Shown here piece after piece: positions 22,661 to 35,778 of a DNA stretch of 64,000 nt. The DNA is from Octopus sinensis. Its lineage: Eukaryota. A program made the position numbers and the translations under genes. The notes beneath the pieces are model-generated. The model saw only the letters and a list, made by a program, of their open reading frames with translations, was not told the origin of the DNA and made no database searches. Each line of letters begins with the position of its first letter. The stretch's first letter is position 1. The stretch covers positions 114,018,001-114,082,000 of the forward strand of contig NC_043002.1 in NCBI RefSeq assembly GCF_006345805.1. The letters are read 5' to 3'.

Positions 22661-23052
22661 ATGATTTGTTTAAAGGCAGTGGTTTCCATTGGGGGATACG
22701 TGGGTGTGACTTTGTAGGTTGGTGTGGCCAGTAAAGATGAGTGTTCGGTTTTGTGGTTAAAGAAAAATAACAAAGGTAATAAAATTGTATGAATAGGTGT
22801 GGCAGTATGTCAACTGAGCTGACTTGGAATTTTGTTTTATAAAGGGAATATTCACTGAGGAATGAAAAATTAATTTTATCTATATAAAAGTAGGGTTTTA
22901 ACTGAATAAAGTCTTTTTTGTGAAGATAATGTTCAGGTTTAGAATGTATTTACTTTTTAAGCAAATAAACCAGTTTGCGGCATTGAGAACTGAATGTTAG
23001 GAAGAAGGTAGGTGATGCAGCTGTGTACCCTTGATAATTGATAGAGGGAAAA

Positions 23053-23094
<42 letters not shown>

Positions 23095-23382
23095 CAAAGT
23101 AAATGTAGGATGGGAAGTAAATACACAGAGTTTGCAGCTAAGGTTAATATTTCTCACTAGAGAACTAATTATATATATATATAACAGTTGAGATATTTAG
23201 AGGCACAACCTAAGTCTACATGAAACATCTGAGAAATCCCATACAATACAAATATATGAGGAAAATATTCAATTCACTGGTCTAAACAATATTGTTTTCA
23301 GAAGTCCATATCTCAGAAAATTTGTAGGCTTTGAGAATTGATCTCAAAGATAGTTAAATTATTGCTATATATCTACAAGTTA

Positions 23383-23790
23383 GGCGCAGGAGTGGCTGTG
23401 TGGTAAGTAGCTTGCTAAACAACCACATGGTTCCGGGTTCAGTCCCACTGCGTGACATCTTGGGCAAGTGTCTTCTGCTATAGCCCCAGGCCGACCAATG
23501 CCTTGTGAGTGGATTTGGTAAATGGAAACTGAAAGAAGCCTGTCGAATATATATGTATATATATGTATATGTATGTGTGTGTTTGTGTGTCTGTGTTTGT
23601 CCCTCTAGCATTGCTCGACAACTGATGCTTGTGTGTTTACGTCCCCGTCACTTGGCGGTTCGGCAAAAAAGGAGACCGAATAAGTACTGGGCTTACAAAA
23701 AGAATAAGTCCTGGGGTCGATTTTCTCGACTAAAGGCGGTGCTCCAGCATGGCCGCAGTTAAATGACTGAAACAAGTAAAAGAGAAAGAG
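23383..23790 (+). mobile_element. SINE family A, full length
   Basis: Matches 5416-5796. Confidence 0.92.
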
Positions 23791-24681
23791 AGAAAAAGTT
23801 ATATATGCATCAAGTGACACATAGTCAGAGAACGAATCAGTCAAGTTTTCATTTTGAAAATAATAAATCTATTTCCTAAAGTTTGATGTCTCAAGAAAAT
23901 TCAAATATATTTTAAAGAAATATTCACAGGAGTAGTTGTAGAGTTTAAGACTTAAGACACTTACTGTTGGAATACAACACATTCCCATGAGTTTGCAGCC
24001 GAGGTTATATCTCAAAAGTAAGCTCAAAATAGATTAGGAAGACTATTGAGAAGAACAACACAGGTCTGTGTGAAAAAATATACAACAGAATTAGACAGCT
24101 GCCTTTAACACTCAAGACATGTGTAAAAAAATATCCAATTCACTGATCTAGATGGTAGTTTCTTGATGTTTGTCTTCAGTTGCTTTTGAGAGAGCTGACC
24201 ATGTGTGCACACACATACACACACACACACGTGTGTGTGTGTATTTCTATATATGTCTTATATATAAATGGCAGTTTCTGTCTGTTACCATCTTACTGCC
24301 CAAACCAGGGAACCAAACTTTGTATACATGTTGAACTAACATCCAGTTCAATTATAGGCAAACTGGCTGTCAATAAAAATTGTTAATGGAATGACTAGGG
24401 GGGTTGGGCTATTACATGATAAAATGAGAGGGGTGCAAAAGAGTTAGGTTCAAGGAAATGTGGCATAATGAGGGTGGCTGATATCAAGAAAAGGGTGGAG
24501 ACAGGAAGAGATAGACACACAGGGAATGTGAGAAACAGACAGAGAGAACAATAGACAGGGGCACTTCCATATATATAAAAGAGAGTTGCTGATTTTGACA
24601 TACGGGGAATCAGAAGATTCAGTAATCTTAAGTCTACCAAATAAACTTTATTTTCATTTACATATTTGCATTACAAAACTG

Positions 24682-25095
24682 CTGTGTGGTAAGAAGCTTG
24701 CTTCCTAATCACGTGGTTCAATCCTTCTGTGTGGCACCTTGAGCAAGTGTCTTCTACTATAGCCTCGGGCTGACCAAAGCCTTGTGAATGGGTTTGGTAG
24801 ATGGAAACTGTAAGAAGCCCATCGTATATATATATATATATATGTATGTATGTGTGTATGTATGTATGTATGTATGTATGTATGTATATGTTTGTGTGTC
24901 TGTGTTTGTGCCCCCACTGTTGCTTGACAACTGATGTTGGTGTGCTTATGTCCCCGTAACTTAGCAGTTTGGCAAAAGATACTAATAGAATAAGTACTAG
25001 GCTTACAAAGAATAAGTCCTGGGGTTGATTTGTTTGACTTAAAGGCGGTACTCCAGCACGGCCACAGTCAAATGACTGAAACAAATAAAAGAATA
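24682..25095 (+). mobile_element. SINE family A (slightly 5'-truncated)
   Basis: Begins gctgtgtggtaagaagcttgcttcc, an unoccupied copy of the E1/E2 target site. Confidence 0.9.
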
Positions 25096-25175
25096 CGTCA
25101 ACTATTGTAAACCTTTTATACCACGATGACAATGACTGCGACGTCACATTTTCTATATGAATGTGTACCTTAAAA

Positions 25176-25649
25176 CAGTGCTTCTCAAACTATTTGATGT
25201 GGTGTACAGGCAGTTTTTTTTCCAGTGTTCCAGTGTGCTTAGTAATATTAATTTATACTGGAAACTGGAATTTTGTCAGTGAACAGGTTGTGGTCTCAAA
25301 GCGGCAAAAATATTTTGACAAATTAAATTTAAATGTTGAAGTGAATCTAACGGTTTTTGTGTGTTTCTTAAATGGCTTATAAACACCTTCCACACTGCAA
25401 TTGTTTTCGTTTCAGCACACGATCTCAGATCAAGTCACTTGCTATGCAAGTACATCTCCATAATATATATAATGAATAAAACAAAAGTTGACAATTTTTT
25501 TTATCTTATATTTATTTTGGAAACAAATAATACAATATTACATAATCATTTTATAATGTTTCTTTCTTTTCTGGAAACTCACCACATACAAGCAGCTGAT
25601 GGCTCGCGGATTGTCACTGGTCTGCAGACCACCACTTTGAGTAGCACTG
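25176..25649. mobile_element. hAT/Charlie-type MITE
   Basis: TIRs CAGTGCTTCTCAAA / TTTGAGTAGCACTG; perfect 8-bp TSD ccttaaaa at 25168-25175 and 25650-25657. Confidence 0.92.
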
Positions 25650-27231
25650 CCTTAAAAGACGCCCATTTCTTTATATGTTATGAGGAAATACAGTCACTCT
25701 CTCTCTCTCTCTCTCACACACATGCACATGCACACATATATCAAAAAAGATGTATGCATGTATGTGCATATAAAAGATGTGTGTGTGAGACACAGAGAGA
25801 GACTGAGCAAGTGCCACTTACACATACATGGCAACACATACCTTCACTCACTCACTCTCCTTCCTTCTCTCTCTCTTTCTCAAACACACACACACATGTC
25901 CATTTCATATACACATACACACATCCTTCACGTTATCCTCTCTTTCACTTTCTGCTCTGACTTCAAAGCAAATGTCGTGGTTTCACTTTCTCTTCACTTT
26001 CAATTTCTGCTCTTTTCAAAGCATAAAGCAATAAAAAATTTTTGCGGAAATTAACGAATACATTTGAAAACTGAGTTGCCAATTTTGACCTATGGGGTAT
26101 AAAAAGATTCAGTAATCTTTTGGCTAACACATAAACTTTATTTTCATTTACTTATTTGCATCACAAAAATGTAACATTATAATCTTTCTATATTTCAACT
26201 ATCCTAAATGACATTTTATACAACAATGACGACGATGTCACATTTTTTATATGAATATGTAGCTTAAAAGACATCCATTTCTGTATATGTTATGAGGAAA
26301 TACAGTCAGTCATTTTCTCTCTCACATGCACACACACACACATACAAAAAAGATGTATGCATATGCATTTATGTACATGTATATGAAAGATAATGTGTGC
26401 GTGTGTGTGAGAGAGAGAGAGAGAGTGAGTGCCAATTGCACTCACACTCTCTCTCACACACACATGAATAGATGTAAAGTGCAATATGGCATTGATGAAG
26501 GACCCTTTCAAAAGATGCCTACTCAATCATACTGCATCATTCAGCAAGTATGAGCAGCAGAACATCACTATAGTACCCAAGCACAGAAAAGATCTCCAAA
26601 ACTGTTATCATTGATGCCCAGAATTGCCTCTGGACCACTTATGCTAATACTCTCCACTGTCGTCGTCATCGTCATCATTTAATGTTCTTTCTCTTTGCTG
26701 GCATGGGTTGAACAATTTAACAAGCACTGGCAAGCCCGGGGGCTATGCCAAGTTCTGTTGTTTCTTTGGCATGGTTTCTATGGCTTGATGCCCTGTGAGG
26801 ATTGTTTTCCTGCCAATGATGTTGTCCAGATTATATAGTGCTGTGGATGACTGGCAAAACACCAGACGCTCAACCTTAGTCTATGCTTGATCCATATCTG
26901 CTGTTCAATCAAAGAAACATGCAACAGAAAGACATGCTACACAAAATCTCTTACACCTGTTCACTCTCCATTTCATCATTGTCACAATGGTCAAGATGTT
27001 TCTACAGATACATTTCTGGTCAGTGGTGCATGACCAGCAATAACATCCTAATAACCGTAGAGTGAGTGTTGGTAGCAGATGGATTTCCTCACGAGTGGAA
27101 CCCATTACTTTCATAAGAAACAAGAAAGTATGCACTCCAGCCTCATTAGATGTGTCTTGGAACAAGGTACAACAGTCAGGTAGTATTACACTATTGAAGC
27201 AATGTAGGTATTGACCACTTCTTCCCAAATT

Positions 27232-27466
27232 TTGACCCTTTAGCATTTAAACTGGCCATATCCAGTCCAAACCTTTTACCTCTTTTATGCTCAAATCAAC
27301 CAGATCCAACCTCTTACATCTACCCTAAAAATAAACAGTTTTTCTAAAAATAAATATTTACATCATAGAAATCTCAAAGCTACAAGGTAAACTGTGATTA
27401 ATTCAAAACAATGGGTATAAATAAGCATTACATTTAACAAGAGAAATTTGAATATTGAAGGGTTAA
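27232..27466 (+). mobile_element. TTAA-type (piggyBac-like) MITE
   Basis: Ends tt(g)accctttagcattt ... tattgaagggttaa; paralogs at 55932-56162 and about 59330-59559. Confidence 0.75.
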
Positions 27467-28639
27467 GGGACAATGTCCTCTCTGCCTCTCCACTCTAATA
27501 ACAGACTTCAATAATAGCAACAATATTTAGGACAAACTTTGTTAGTAAGATAATTTTCTAATCTTATTATTATTAGAGTCAACTGGTATTGATGTCAAGT
27601 ATCAAGACAAAGATTAAGAGTCAGTGTGAATCCGAAACAAAATCTTCACGCTGGGGTCTGGCTGAATCCAAGTACAGCAGCCAGAGTAGTTGTTTCATAA
27701 AGCTCAACTAATATGTGTTATCAGTCATTCTGATTAACATTGAGCTAATTCTAGTTTTGTTAACGTATCAGATATGAAAGAAACGCTTCTTATTATTGAT
27801 CATGCACTTCACCTATGAGCCAAATGCTTGGTGTACATCCAGAAAAATATCAGAATAAAAATGTATGCTTGAATTTTTTTAAATATAAAAGAATAGTAAA
27901 AAAAAAAAAAGTATATTAAACCAGGTAAATAAGCTACAGTATAGATTTTGTGCAAAATCAATCCAAATTTCCAGGTAATATATTGCATAATTTCTTGAAT
28001 TTTCTCATCGATTCTTTGAAAGGCATTTTCTGTCAAATCATATGCCACATAAACATTGTAAACTATTGGGAAAAACTCATTCTTGAAATAAAATGTGTCA
28101 GCTGTCCCCAGCAGAAATTTTCTTTGGAGTTGAATAAAATATATTTTATGAATCTTGGCAATATTGAACTTTCATGCTACAGTAAAGTTAATTAGTTAAA
28201 AATAAAGATATTTCCTTTGAAACTGTATTTAATAAAGAAATAATGTTGCAATACAATTGCATAACAATGCAAGTTAGAAACTCTATTTTATTTATTGTTT
28301 GAATACAAATTTATTTTATTGCTGATTTCCTGTTTTGAATCAAACTTTTTACAATGCAATTAGCATTAGAAATGAAAGGAGAGAGAATGGTAAGGGTAAC
28401 ACAAGTATATTGATTTTATTTTTGAAGGAGAATAAGTATAACTGATCCTTTTAGTGTTCAGTTATTAACTGAGTTCAATGAGTTCCAGGGGCATCGCAAA
28501 ATACTTTATCTTCATGTGGTGTATCAAAAGCTAAAAAGTCTATCATAAATCATTCTTCTCCAAGTTAACTTCATATAACTAATCAAACTCAGCACTACAA
28601 CTTAACACAATATTTGTCAATTTTACTGTACATTTACAT

Positions 28640-28945
28640 AAGCGGAAAGTGTAACCTCTCGAAAGAGCTGTTCTTCACTCCTGCTCCAGAGCGTCGGCTG
28701 CGGGGTCATTCCGAAAAGCTCTATCTGCGACGATTTCATCTCAATCGAAGGGTTGCAGATCCATGGAATAAGCTGCCGGACGAGATGGTGAAGATGCCGA
28801 CGACCGCTCGGTTCAAAGTCTCCCTTGACCTCAAGTGGCCTGAACTCTTTACATGAACACCACCCTGTAGATAACTCCATGTCCCCCTACATGGCCTTGC
28901 TTTTTGCTTTTAGAGCCAAAAAATTAACTAACTAACTAACTACTT
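28640..28945 (+). mobile_element. CR1-like LINE 3' end
   Basis: RLRGHSEKL...RVADPWNKLPDEMVKMPTTARFKVSLD is a CR1-type C-terminus; (TAAC)n tail. Confidence 0.85.
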
Positions 28946-29894
28946 ACAGGAGTAGAGGTTTTAAAACAATGCCAAATCTATTTACAGCTTGGTGAACTGA
29001 CTTGTTGAGTGTTTATATTACAGATACATTATCTGCTAATCAAATTACAATAAACACTGATCCTTTGGATTGGCGTATTGATACTTCAGAACCCTGGTAT
29101 TTTTTATTGTCTATGGAAGAATAAAAAACTTATCTGATCATATCTCATTTACCCAGAGTCAGAACAAACAGGATTAGAAAACAGATTAGTAGTAGTGGAA
29201 TATGAAATTAACTAGAATATAGTTTGGTGGTTTGTATTCATCACACAAATGACTAAAAAAGCAATGAATTTGCATTGAGATCAACTCCGTTTGGTCACTC
29301 CAACCCCTACCTTCCCTTTTATATATCACATGTCTACTGTATCACCTCAACTCCCAAATCAATGATATACACAATGCTTTTCACCAGATTTGACCTATTT
29401 TAAAAGTTTGTCAATATGTCTACATTTTCATCTTCTTACTTTGTATCCTGCATTTATGAATGAAGAAGATATTGTTGGTTATAGGTCTTCTATGGCCCAA
29501 TCACTAAGTTACTGTATTTTTAATGGTGAAAATGACAAGGGAGTATCTGTGCAACTTGGTAGAATAAAAACTACAAGGTATTTTTGTTCCATGTTGGAAA
29601 GGATCTTCAGATTATAGGCCTTACAGAGGAGATTACAAGGGACCAAAACTTTTGGTGGTTTGCCATACTTGAGAAGGTATATCAAGCTAAGTAAAACTGT
29701 GACTGTCTATACATACAGTTATGTCCTCTATGTCCCTCTCTCAGCTGAGAGGTCCTTCTCTTGAGGGCTCATGGGTTTTGATGTCACATAAAAAGCACTC
29801 ATGCTGGTGTCATGTAAAACCACCCGTGCCAGTGTCACATAAAAGTGCCTGTGATGGTACCACATAAAAACACCCATGCCGGGCTAGTGTTATG

Positions 29895-30140
29895 TATATG
29901 TTTCCTTCTCAAGCCATTCCAGGCTCATAAGGGCCGGTTTCAGTGGTATATATATTCCCCACCTGGATGAGTTGCCAATCTGTCACAGGGTTACTCACTT
30001 TTACCAGCTGAGTGGAATGGAGCAACGTAAAATGAAGTGTTTTGCTTAAGAACACAATGCGTTACCTGGTCCAGGAATTGAAACCACAATCTTATGATCA
30101 TGAGTCCAACACTCTAACCACTAAGCCACGCACCTCCACA
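29895..30140 (-). mobile_element. SINE family C (tRNA head)
   Basis: Head reverse complement ...ctctaaccactaagccacg; related to 42260-42580 and 49875-50125. Confidence 0.75.
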
Positions 30141-30169
30141 GTGTCATATATAAAGTACCTATTATACTC

Positions 30170-30335
30170 TATGAAGTGGTTGGCATTAGGAAGGGCATCC
30201 AGCTGTAGAAACCATGCCAAAACAGACAATTGGAAACTGGGCAGCTCCTCAGCTGTCCAGCTCTTGTCAAACCATCCAACTCATGCCAGCATGGAAAGCA
30301 GACATCAAATGATGCTAATGATGATGATGATGCTG
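30170..30335 (+). mobile_element. RTE 3' tail
   Basis: gtggttggcattaggaagggcatccagctgtagaaacc...catgccagcatggaaag...(gat)n. Confidence 0.85.
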
Positions 30336-30493
30336 TACTGATATTTTGCTGATTCATCGTAAATACCAGTGCATATAACATTTATGACATGTACACAAAC
30401 ATGGCTTCATTTAGAATGCTGGTGGATTGCTTGACATGGGGTTTTGACCTGATGGGGACTCTTCCATGACAATTACTCTGGATGTTCTGAACT

Positions 30494-30830
30494 AAGTCAA
30501 AAATGCTTGTTTAGATATAGAAATCAGTGAACAAAAAATTTACTGATTTGAATGAAGGCTAACCAGGCAAGAATAAAATTAACATACAAACTTGATTGAA
30601 ATACCTGTGTGTATAACATTTATGTGTATACAAATATAGAGTGGCACTAGCTGTTATAATTTGTCTCAGAGAAACAATGCTATCAATTCACTAGACATAG
30701 TGCTTTGACCGTTTTTGGTATCCTCAGTAACAGATACCCTGGGTATCTTGAGTTAAGTCAAAAATGCTTGTTTAGATATAGAAATCGGTAAGCAAAATAT
30801 TTTACTGGTTTGTGTGAAAGCTAACCAGGC
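30494..30830 (+). repeat. Two copies (offset 261 bp) of a conserved 64-65-nt hairpin; candidate ncRNA
   Basis: 32-nt exact match at 30494-30525 and 30755-30786; CTAACCAGGC identical in both; GCTTGTTTAG/CTAACCAGGC lower stem. Confidence 0.6.
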
Positions 30831-32659
30831 TAGAATTAAATTAATGCTTTCCAAATCAGTTTGAAATGTTGTGTCTGGTGATTCCCCAGTGTTTTGAGTG
30901 AAGCTCTGTGTTTTTGATGTAGAAGTGTCTCTGACAAATAACATATGAGGAGACACAATTAACTGTATTTATAGGATGCTAGGTCACCAGTTTGTATTAT
31001 GTGACCACTCTTATTTTATCGTGATTTTGTGTTGAGGAGGGCCTTTGCAAGCTCTCTGAATATACTGAAATCATATAGATTTATGTTCATCCCAAAGTCA
31101 ACTTTTGCAGGAAAAATGTGATTGGAGAAGGAATACCAGAGGACTAATACCTCGCCCTCTGGTTGTGTCTTTATTGTGTAATAGATAATAATGACTCTAC
31201 CAGAAGCTTCCTTTTTCCATAGCTTAGTTAGGGTGAATCAAGCTGGTAGTCTACTCCTTTCTAAACTATAACCATAAGAAACACTCAATACTGAAAAACT
31301 AAACACTCCTCAATTTTACTATGCTCTTGCTACTTACTATTATTATTTCTAGTATACTGTCACAACATAATAAAGTGGCATTTGAGAATTAAATTGTTTT
31401 ATTAATGTAAACTGTAAATCTGATAGACTGGAAAAGACCCATCCATCAACAGGCAGACACGCTGTCTTCTTGTCAATACTACAATGAACTCTGCTCCTTA
31501 AACAGTTATTAGAAATAGTTGCTGGATCTCCCTCATATCGCATCCTACAATCATAATTAAAGAAAGTTGATACATTCAATGTATCACTCCTAACTATGAT
31601 AGTCTTGATAGGAATACTTTTGATCATAAATTCGCTTCATTAAGGTTGGCATGAGACTAAACAACAACAACAATCATAAGAAAAACATTTGTTACAATTG
31701 GAAGCATAGCATAAGGGATCAAGAGGACAGTGTGATTTGTTGTTACTTTGGCTGTTAATTAAGGTGAGAGCACCAAAAATGTCTTTACCTCTGGGTCCTG
31801 AGAACCATCAGTATATTATTGGTTACAGCATACAAATGACTGACCTTCATAGCTTGGTTTACTCTCAACCCACCAAACAATAGTTTCTAAATGGTATGTG
31901 TAGCTAATAACTCTGGGTATTTTCAATACCTATAGACATAAAATGGTGAATATAATTTCTGTATAATTCTGTATGAATCAATGTTGCAATTAAAGTGAAA
32001 TGTAAAATTGTGAAATATTCTGCTTCAGATAGCAATAGATTTATGGAACCAGAGACAAAGGAATCCTTGTTTCAGTGTTTGTAAAAGCCAGCCAGCCAAC
32101 CAACCAGCTAGGCAACAGCCAGGTAACAGCTGCAGGCAAATTAAATTTTACATGTTAAACATCAATTCCTCCTGTCGTGATATAAAAGCTGTTGGGAAGT
32201 TTATCACAGTCACTGATTCCTGATTGCCTTTCTCTAAAACTACATTTGTAGTTTTCTATATTGCAACTTGGAGAAGTTCCTTTACTTTTTCTCTATGTTG
32301 TACACTATTTATTAGCTATGGCATCAATGCTCATAAGCAAGGTACACAGTTCTGACCGGATAACAAGTAACATTCCAATTTCACAGTTGAGTGGTTTTAG
32401 CTGTAGAAAGCACATTCAGCTGTTAAAATACACCAACAAAGATATTTTAAAAGTAGAGATATGCAAATTTGTGATGTAAATACGGGTCCTTTTCCTCGAT
32501 AAGTTTTTCTTGCATTATCATGAAGTCCAAAGCTAATAATGCATTACATCATAAAACATATGAAATAATACATTATGTGCATATAAACATACTTAATCTG
32601 GCTTTGAAGATTTTGAAAATCAATCCATTAAAGTTTTTTTTTTTTAATTCTTTAATACA

Positions 32660-32793
32660 TGCATGGCTGTGTGATAAGGAGCTTGCTTCTCAACTGCATG
32701 ATTCAGGATTCAGTCCCAGTGTCTTCCGCTATGGCCTTGGGCTAACCAAAGCCTTGTGTGTGGATTTAGTAGACAGAAACTGAAAGAAACCTG

Positions 32794-32837
<44 letters not shown>

Positions 32838-33010
32838 CTTTGCATCTGTGTTTGTCCCCTTGGTGTGTTTACATTCCTGTAAGTTAGTGGTTCAGCAAAA
32901 GATATCAATAGAATAAGTAGAGTTTTAAAAAAATAAGTCCTGAGGGTGATTTGTTCAACTAAAAAACCCAGCAAAGTATTTAATAACTGAAACTAGTTAA
33001 AGATAGAAAA
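32660..33010 (+). mobile_element. SINE family A (diverged, long internal (TG)n)
   Basis: gcatggctgtgtgataaggagcttgcttc head; family A body. Confidence 0.8.
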
Positions 33011-33488
33011 CAAAAGATATGCATCATAACTAAATAAAACAAAAGTATCAATGGTCGCGCAACAAAGAGGGGGGACCTCTTGCTGGTGGACAAAATCCTA
33101 CTCCCCAAAACTCATAGAGAAAAAAAATTAGTCTAAGCCATAACAATAATTTAATTTAAGTTACAAATCTATAAAATGTGTTCTTATGCACTTTCAATTT
33201 GTCTTTGGTATGAAAAAGATTTTCTATATCTGGTTTAAATCGAATGACTATTTTATTTTTTAATTTTTTATTTTCTATTTTTTAAATATAGATATAAACA
33301 TGAATACAGAATAACTTCAATTATGAAAGGCAATTTGTAGTATTTCTCAATGTCAACAAAATGATAATTTATTTTGATTGCTATTTTATTTATTTCAGTG
33401 AGGTAAAAAGTTAAAGTTGACTAGAATTTATAATGGAATGGAAGGTTTATGATACCTGTGGAGTATCTCCTCCCATTATAATTATTTT

Positions 33489-33917
33489 TGTAGTTTCAGG
33501 GATCTGAAACACGAAGAAGTTCACAAGTGGAGTACAATTCAAAAGCCGTTTATTTACAGAGTTCTCTTATTCGTGTGGTTTGCTCTCAGTGACCATCTTT
33601 ATAGCAGTGTACAGTTTGCCTTAACTCCATCCATTATGAGGTTCGTTACTTCTGGAGATAAGCATGTGGAGTCAGAGCGGGACAAGAGTCTGCTGCGAGC
33701 TGCTGGCTATGCAGTGTTTCTCGGCGTAAGCCTGAGAAGAAATGAGAGAGTGAATGTCATTGTTTCTTGCTTAAATACTGGTTGTCGGCATGAATCTCGT
33801 TGTCATCTCATGCATGGCAAATGGTTGCAGATGAGATCTCATTCTTGTCTTGTGCATAGCAATGGCTACAGGTGAGATCTCATTCAAAATGGTGCTGGCT
33901 TCTTGTGCCTTGCTACA
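33489..33917 (-). repeat. Gypsy 3' LTR
   Basis: Termini TGTAG...CTACA; purine tract aggggaaag just upstream on the minus strand. No second LTR available to confirm the boundaries. Confidence 0.65.
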
Positions 33918-34290
33918 GGGACTTTCCCCTGAGAATGCTAGTGTGAAAATAGAGAATAACTGGAGCAGGCACAAGAAAAGAGCAAAGATGTTAACCGATC
34001 ACAAACAACAAGATATGGTACAATATATGACAAGTCAAAAGAAAATATTTACAAGAAATATAAATGGGCATGCACAAAATTTTAACAAAATGTTCAATGG
34101 CAAAGCATTGGAATTGTTCAGCAACACAAGAAAACAATTATCTGTCACAGGAAACACAAAAGAGGTCATCAGATATAAATAGTTCTGGTAAGTTTTTTGG
34201 GCCAATGCACAGTACGGCTTGTCCTGGTGACATAAGGTTTGTTGTGTTAGGTTGTGGCGATGAATGTGGAGGTGTAGGTGATGGTGTGGT

Positions 34291-35303
34291 CTAAGGTGCA
34301 TGTGCAGGTGGATGTATAGGTGGTTGTAAAGGATCAAAAGTGGGCGTGGCTGGGGTGTCAGCGAAGGGTCTGGAAACCTCAAAATGTGCCTTTTTAAGTC
34401 TGTCGACTGACACGGTCTCTGCCTGACCATTGATGTCAAGACTAAAAATTTTGGGTGTGTGCAATAGCATATGCAATGGTCCTTTATAGGGAGAAATGAG
34501 AGGTCCCCTGACAGAATCATCCCGAACAAAAACATGTGTCCATTTGTCAATGTCCTGTGGGACGTGAGAGGGAATAGATTGGTCACGCAGATGCATAGGT
34601 GGAAGACTCAAAAAATATAAGTGATGTCTGGTGACATACGATGTTGGATCAGGATGTGATGAATTGTCTGGTGCTAACATTGTACCAGGAAGTGCCAGGG
34701 TGGTACCGTAAAGGAGTTCGGCAGAGGAGAAACCCAAGTCTGTCTTAACAGCAGTGCGACAACCAAAAAGAACGATAGGCAGGAATTCTGTCCAAGACTG
34801 CGGATGAGGAGTGGCATGTAGAGTGGCCTTCAGTTGCCTGTGAAAATATTCGACCATCCGGTTGGAATCTGAATGGTAGCGGGTCATACAAATGTGATGA
34901 ACGCCTAGGATTTGTGATAATTCACGAAATAAGGAAGCTTCAAACTGGCATCCATGATCAGTGGTTATTTTAGCTGGGACACCAAAGTGAGCAATCCAGT
35001 TAGAAATGAAAGTTCAAGCAACTGACTCAGTGGAAATGTCCACTATTGGAATGGCATCAGGCCAACGAGAGAAATGATCGATGCATGTCAATATGTAAGA
35101 GAAGCCACAACCTGATCAATGAGGACTTGGTGAAAGCAAGTCTCCGGCAGAGAAAACTGTGCAAGAGGAGCACGAATGTGCCAGTGGTATTTCACACAAG
35201 AACATGCCCAAGCGGTGATCATCTGGTGCATATTAGGCCAGAAAAACTGAACTGTAATGAGCTTTCCCAAGGCAGTGATGCTAGGATGTGACAGTGAATG
35301 CAA
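34291..35303 (-). pseudogene. Gypsy integrase (disrupted)
   Basis: HSLSHP...W..C..C zinc-binding region; YHSDSNRMVEYFHRQLKATL...W..FLPIVL...RT.VK.DLG.SSAELLYG. Confidence 0.9.
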
Positions 35304-35318
35304 AGCATCAAAAATGGA

Positions 35319-35765
35319 TCACTGGTGGTTCTCAAGTACAAACAGTCTGGGAGGACCAGTAGCTGTGTCACAAAGGATTGTGCCTTCAGCAGACAGAAGT
35401 GGAAGATAGGCAAACTTGCAACAGGACAACATGGTAGAAGTTAGATCCAATGTGTCCAGTGCTGGCTGATCCTGTGCAATGGCAGTTAAATCGATTGAAG
35501 CAGGAGATAGAAGAGAACACACAGGGAGATGAGAGAGTGCATCAGCAGGTATGTTCTCTGTTCCAGGTATATGCTGAATGTCACTAGTGAACTGGGAAAT
35601 GTATTCCAGGTGACAAAAAGCACAAGGCGAGTGTCTGTCCAATTTAGATGACAGAGCAAATGTAAGAGGCTTGTGATCAGTATAAATCACAAAATTTCGG
35701 CCCTCAAGTTGATGTTGAAAATGACGAACTGACAGGTAGATCGCTAAGAGTTCACGATCAAACAT
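35319..35765 (-). pseudogene. Gypsy RNase H
   Basis: FDRELLAIYLSVRHFQHQLEGRNFVIYTDHKPL...ENIPADALS. Confidence 0.92.
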
Positions 35766-35778
35766 ACAGTAACAACGC

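Noticed and set aside
27809-28170. ~120-aa stop-free minus frame
   Set aside because: It runs through an A13 tract, has F/I/Y-biased composition expected from T-rich DNA, and has no convincing acceptor or homology.
30415-30490. Coding interpretation of the 261-bp duplication (RV.V.E...GQ..MSS on the minus strand)
   Set aside because: The putative intron is more conserved than the putative exon and both frames stop quickly; an RNA-structure explanation fits better.
31110-31260. Possible H/ACA snoRNA (hairpin, AGATAA, hairpin)
   Set aside because: No ACA box at the expected position after the second hairpin.
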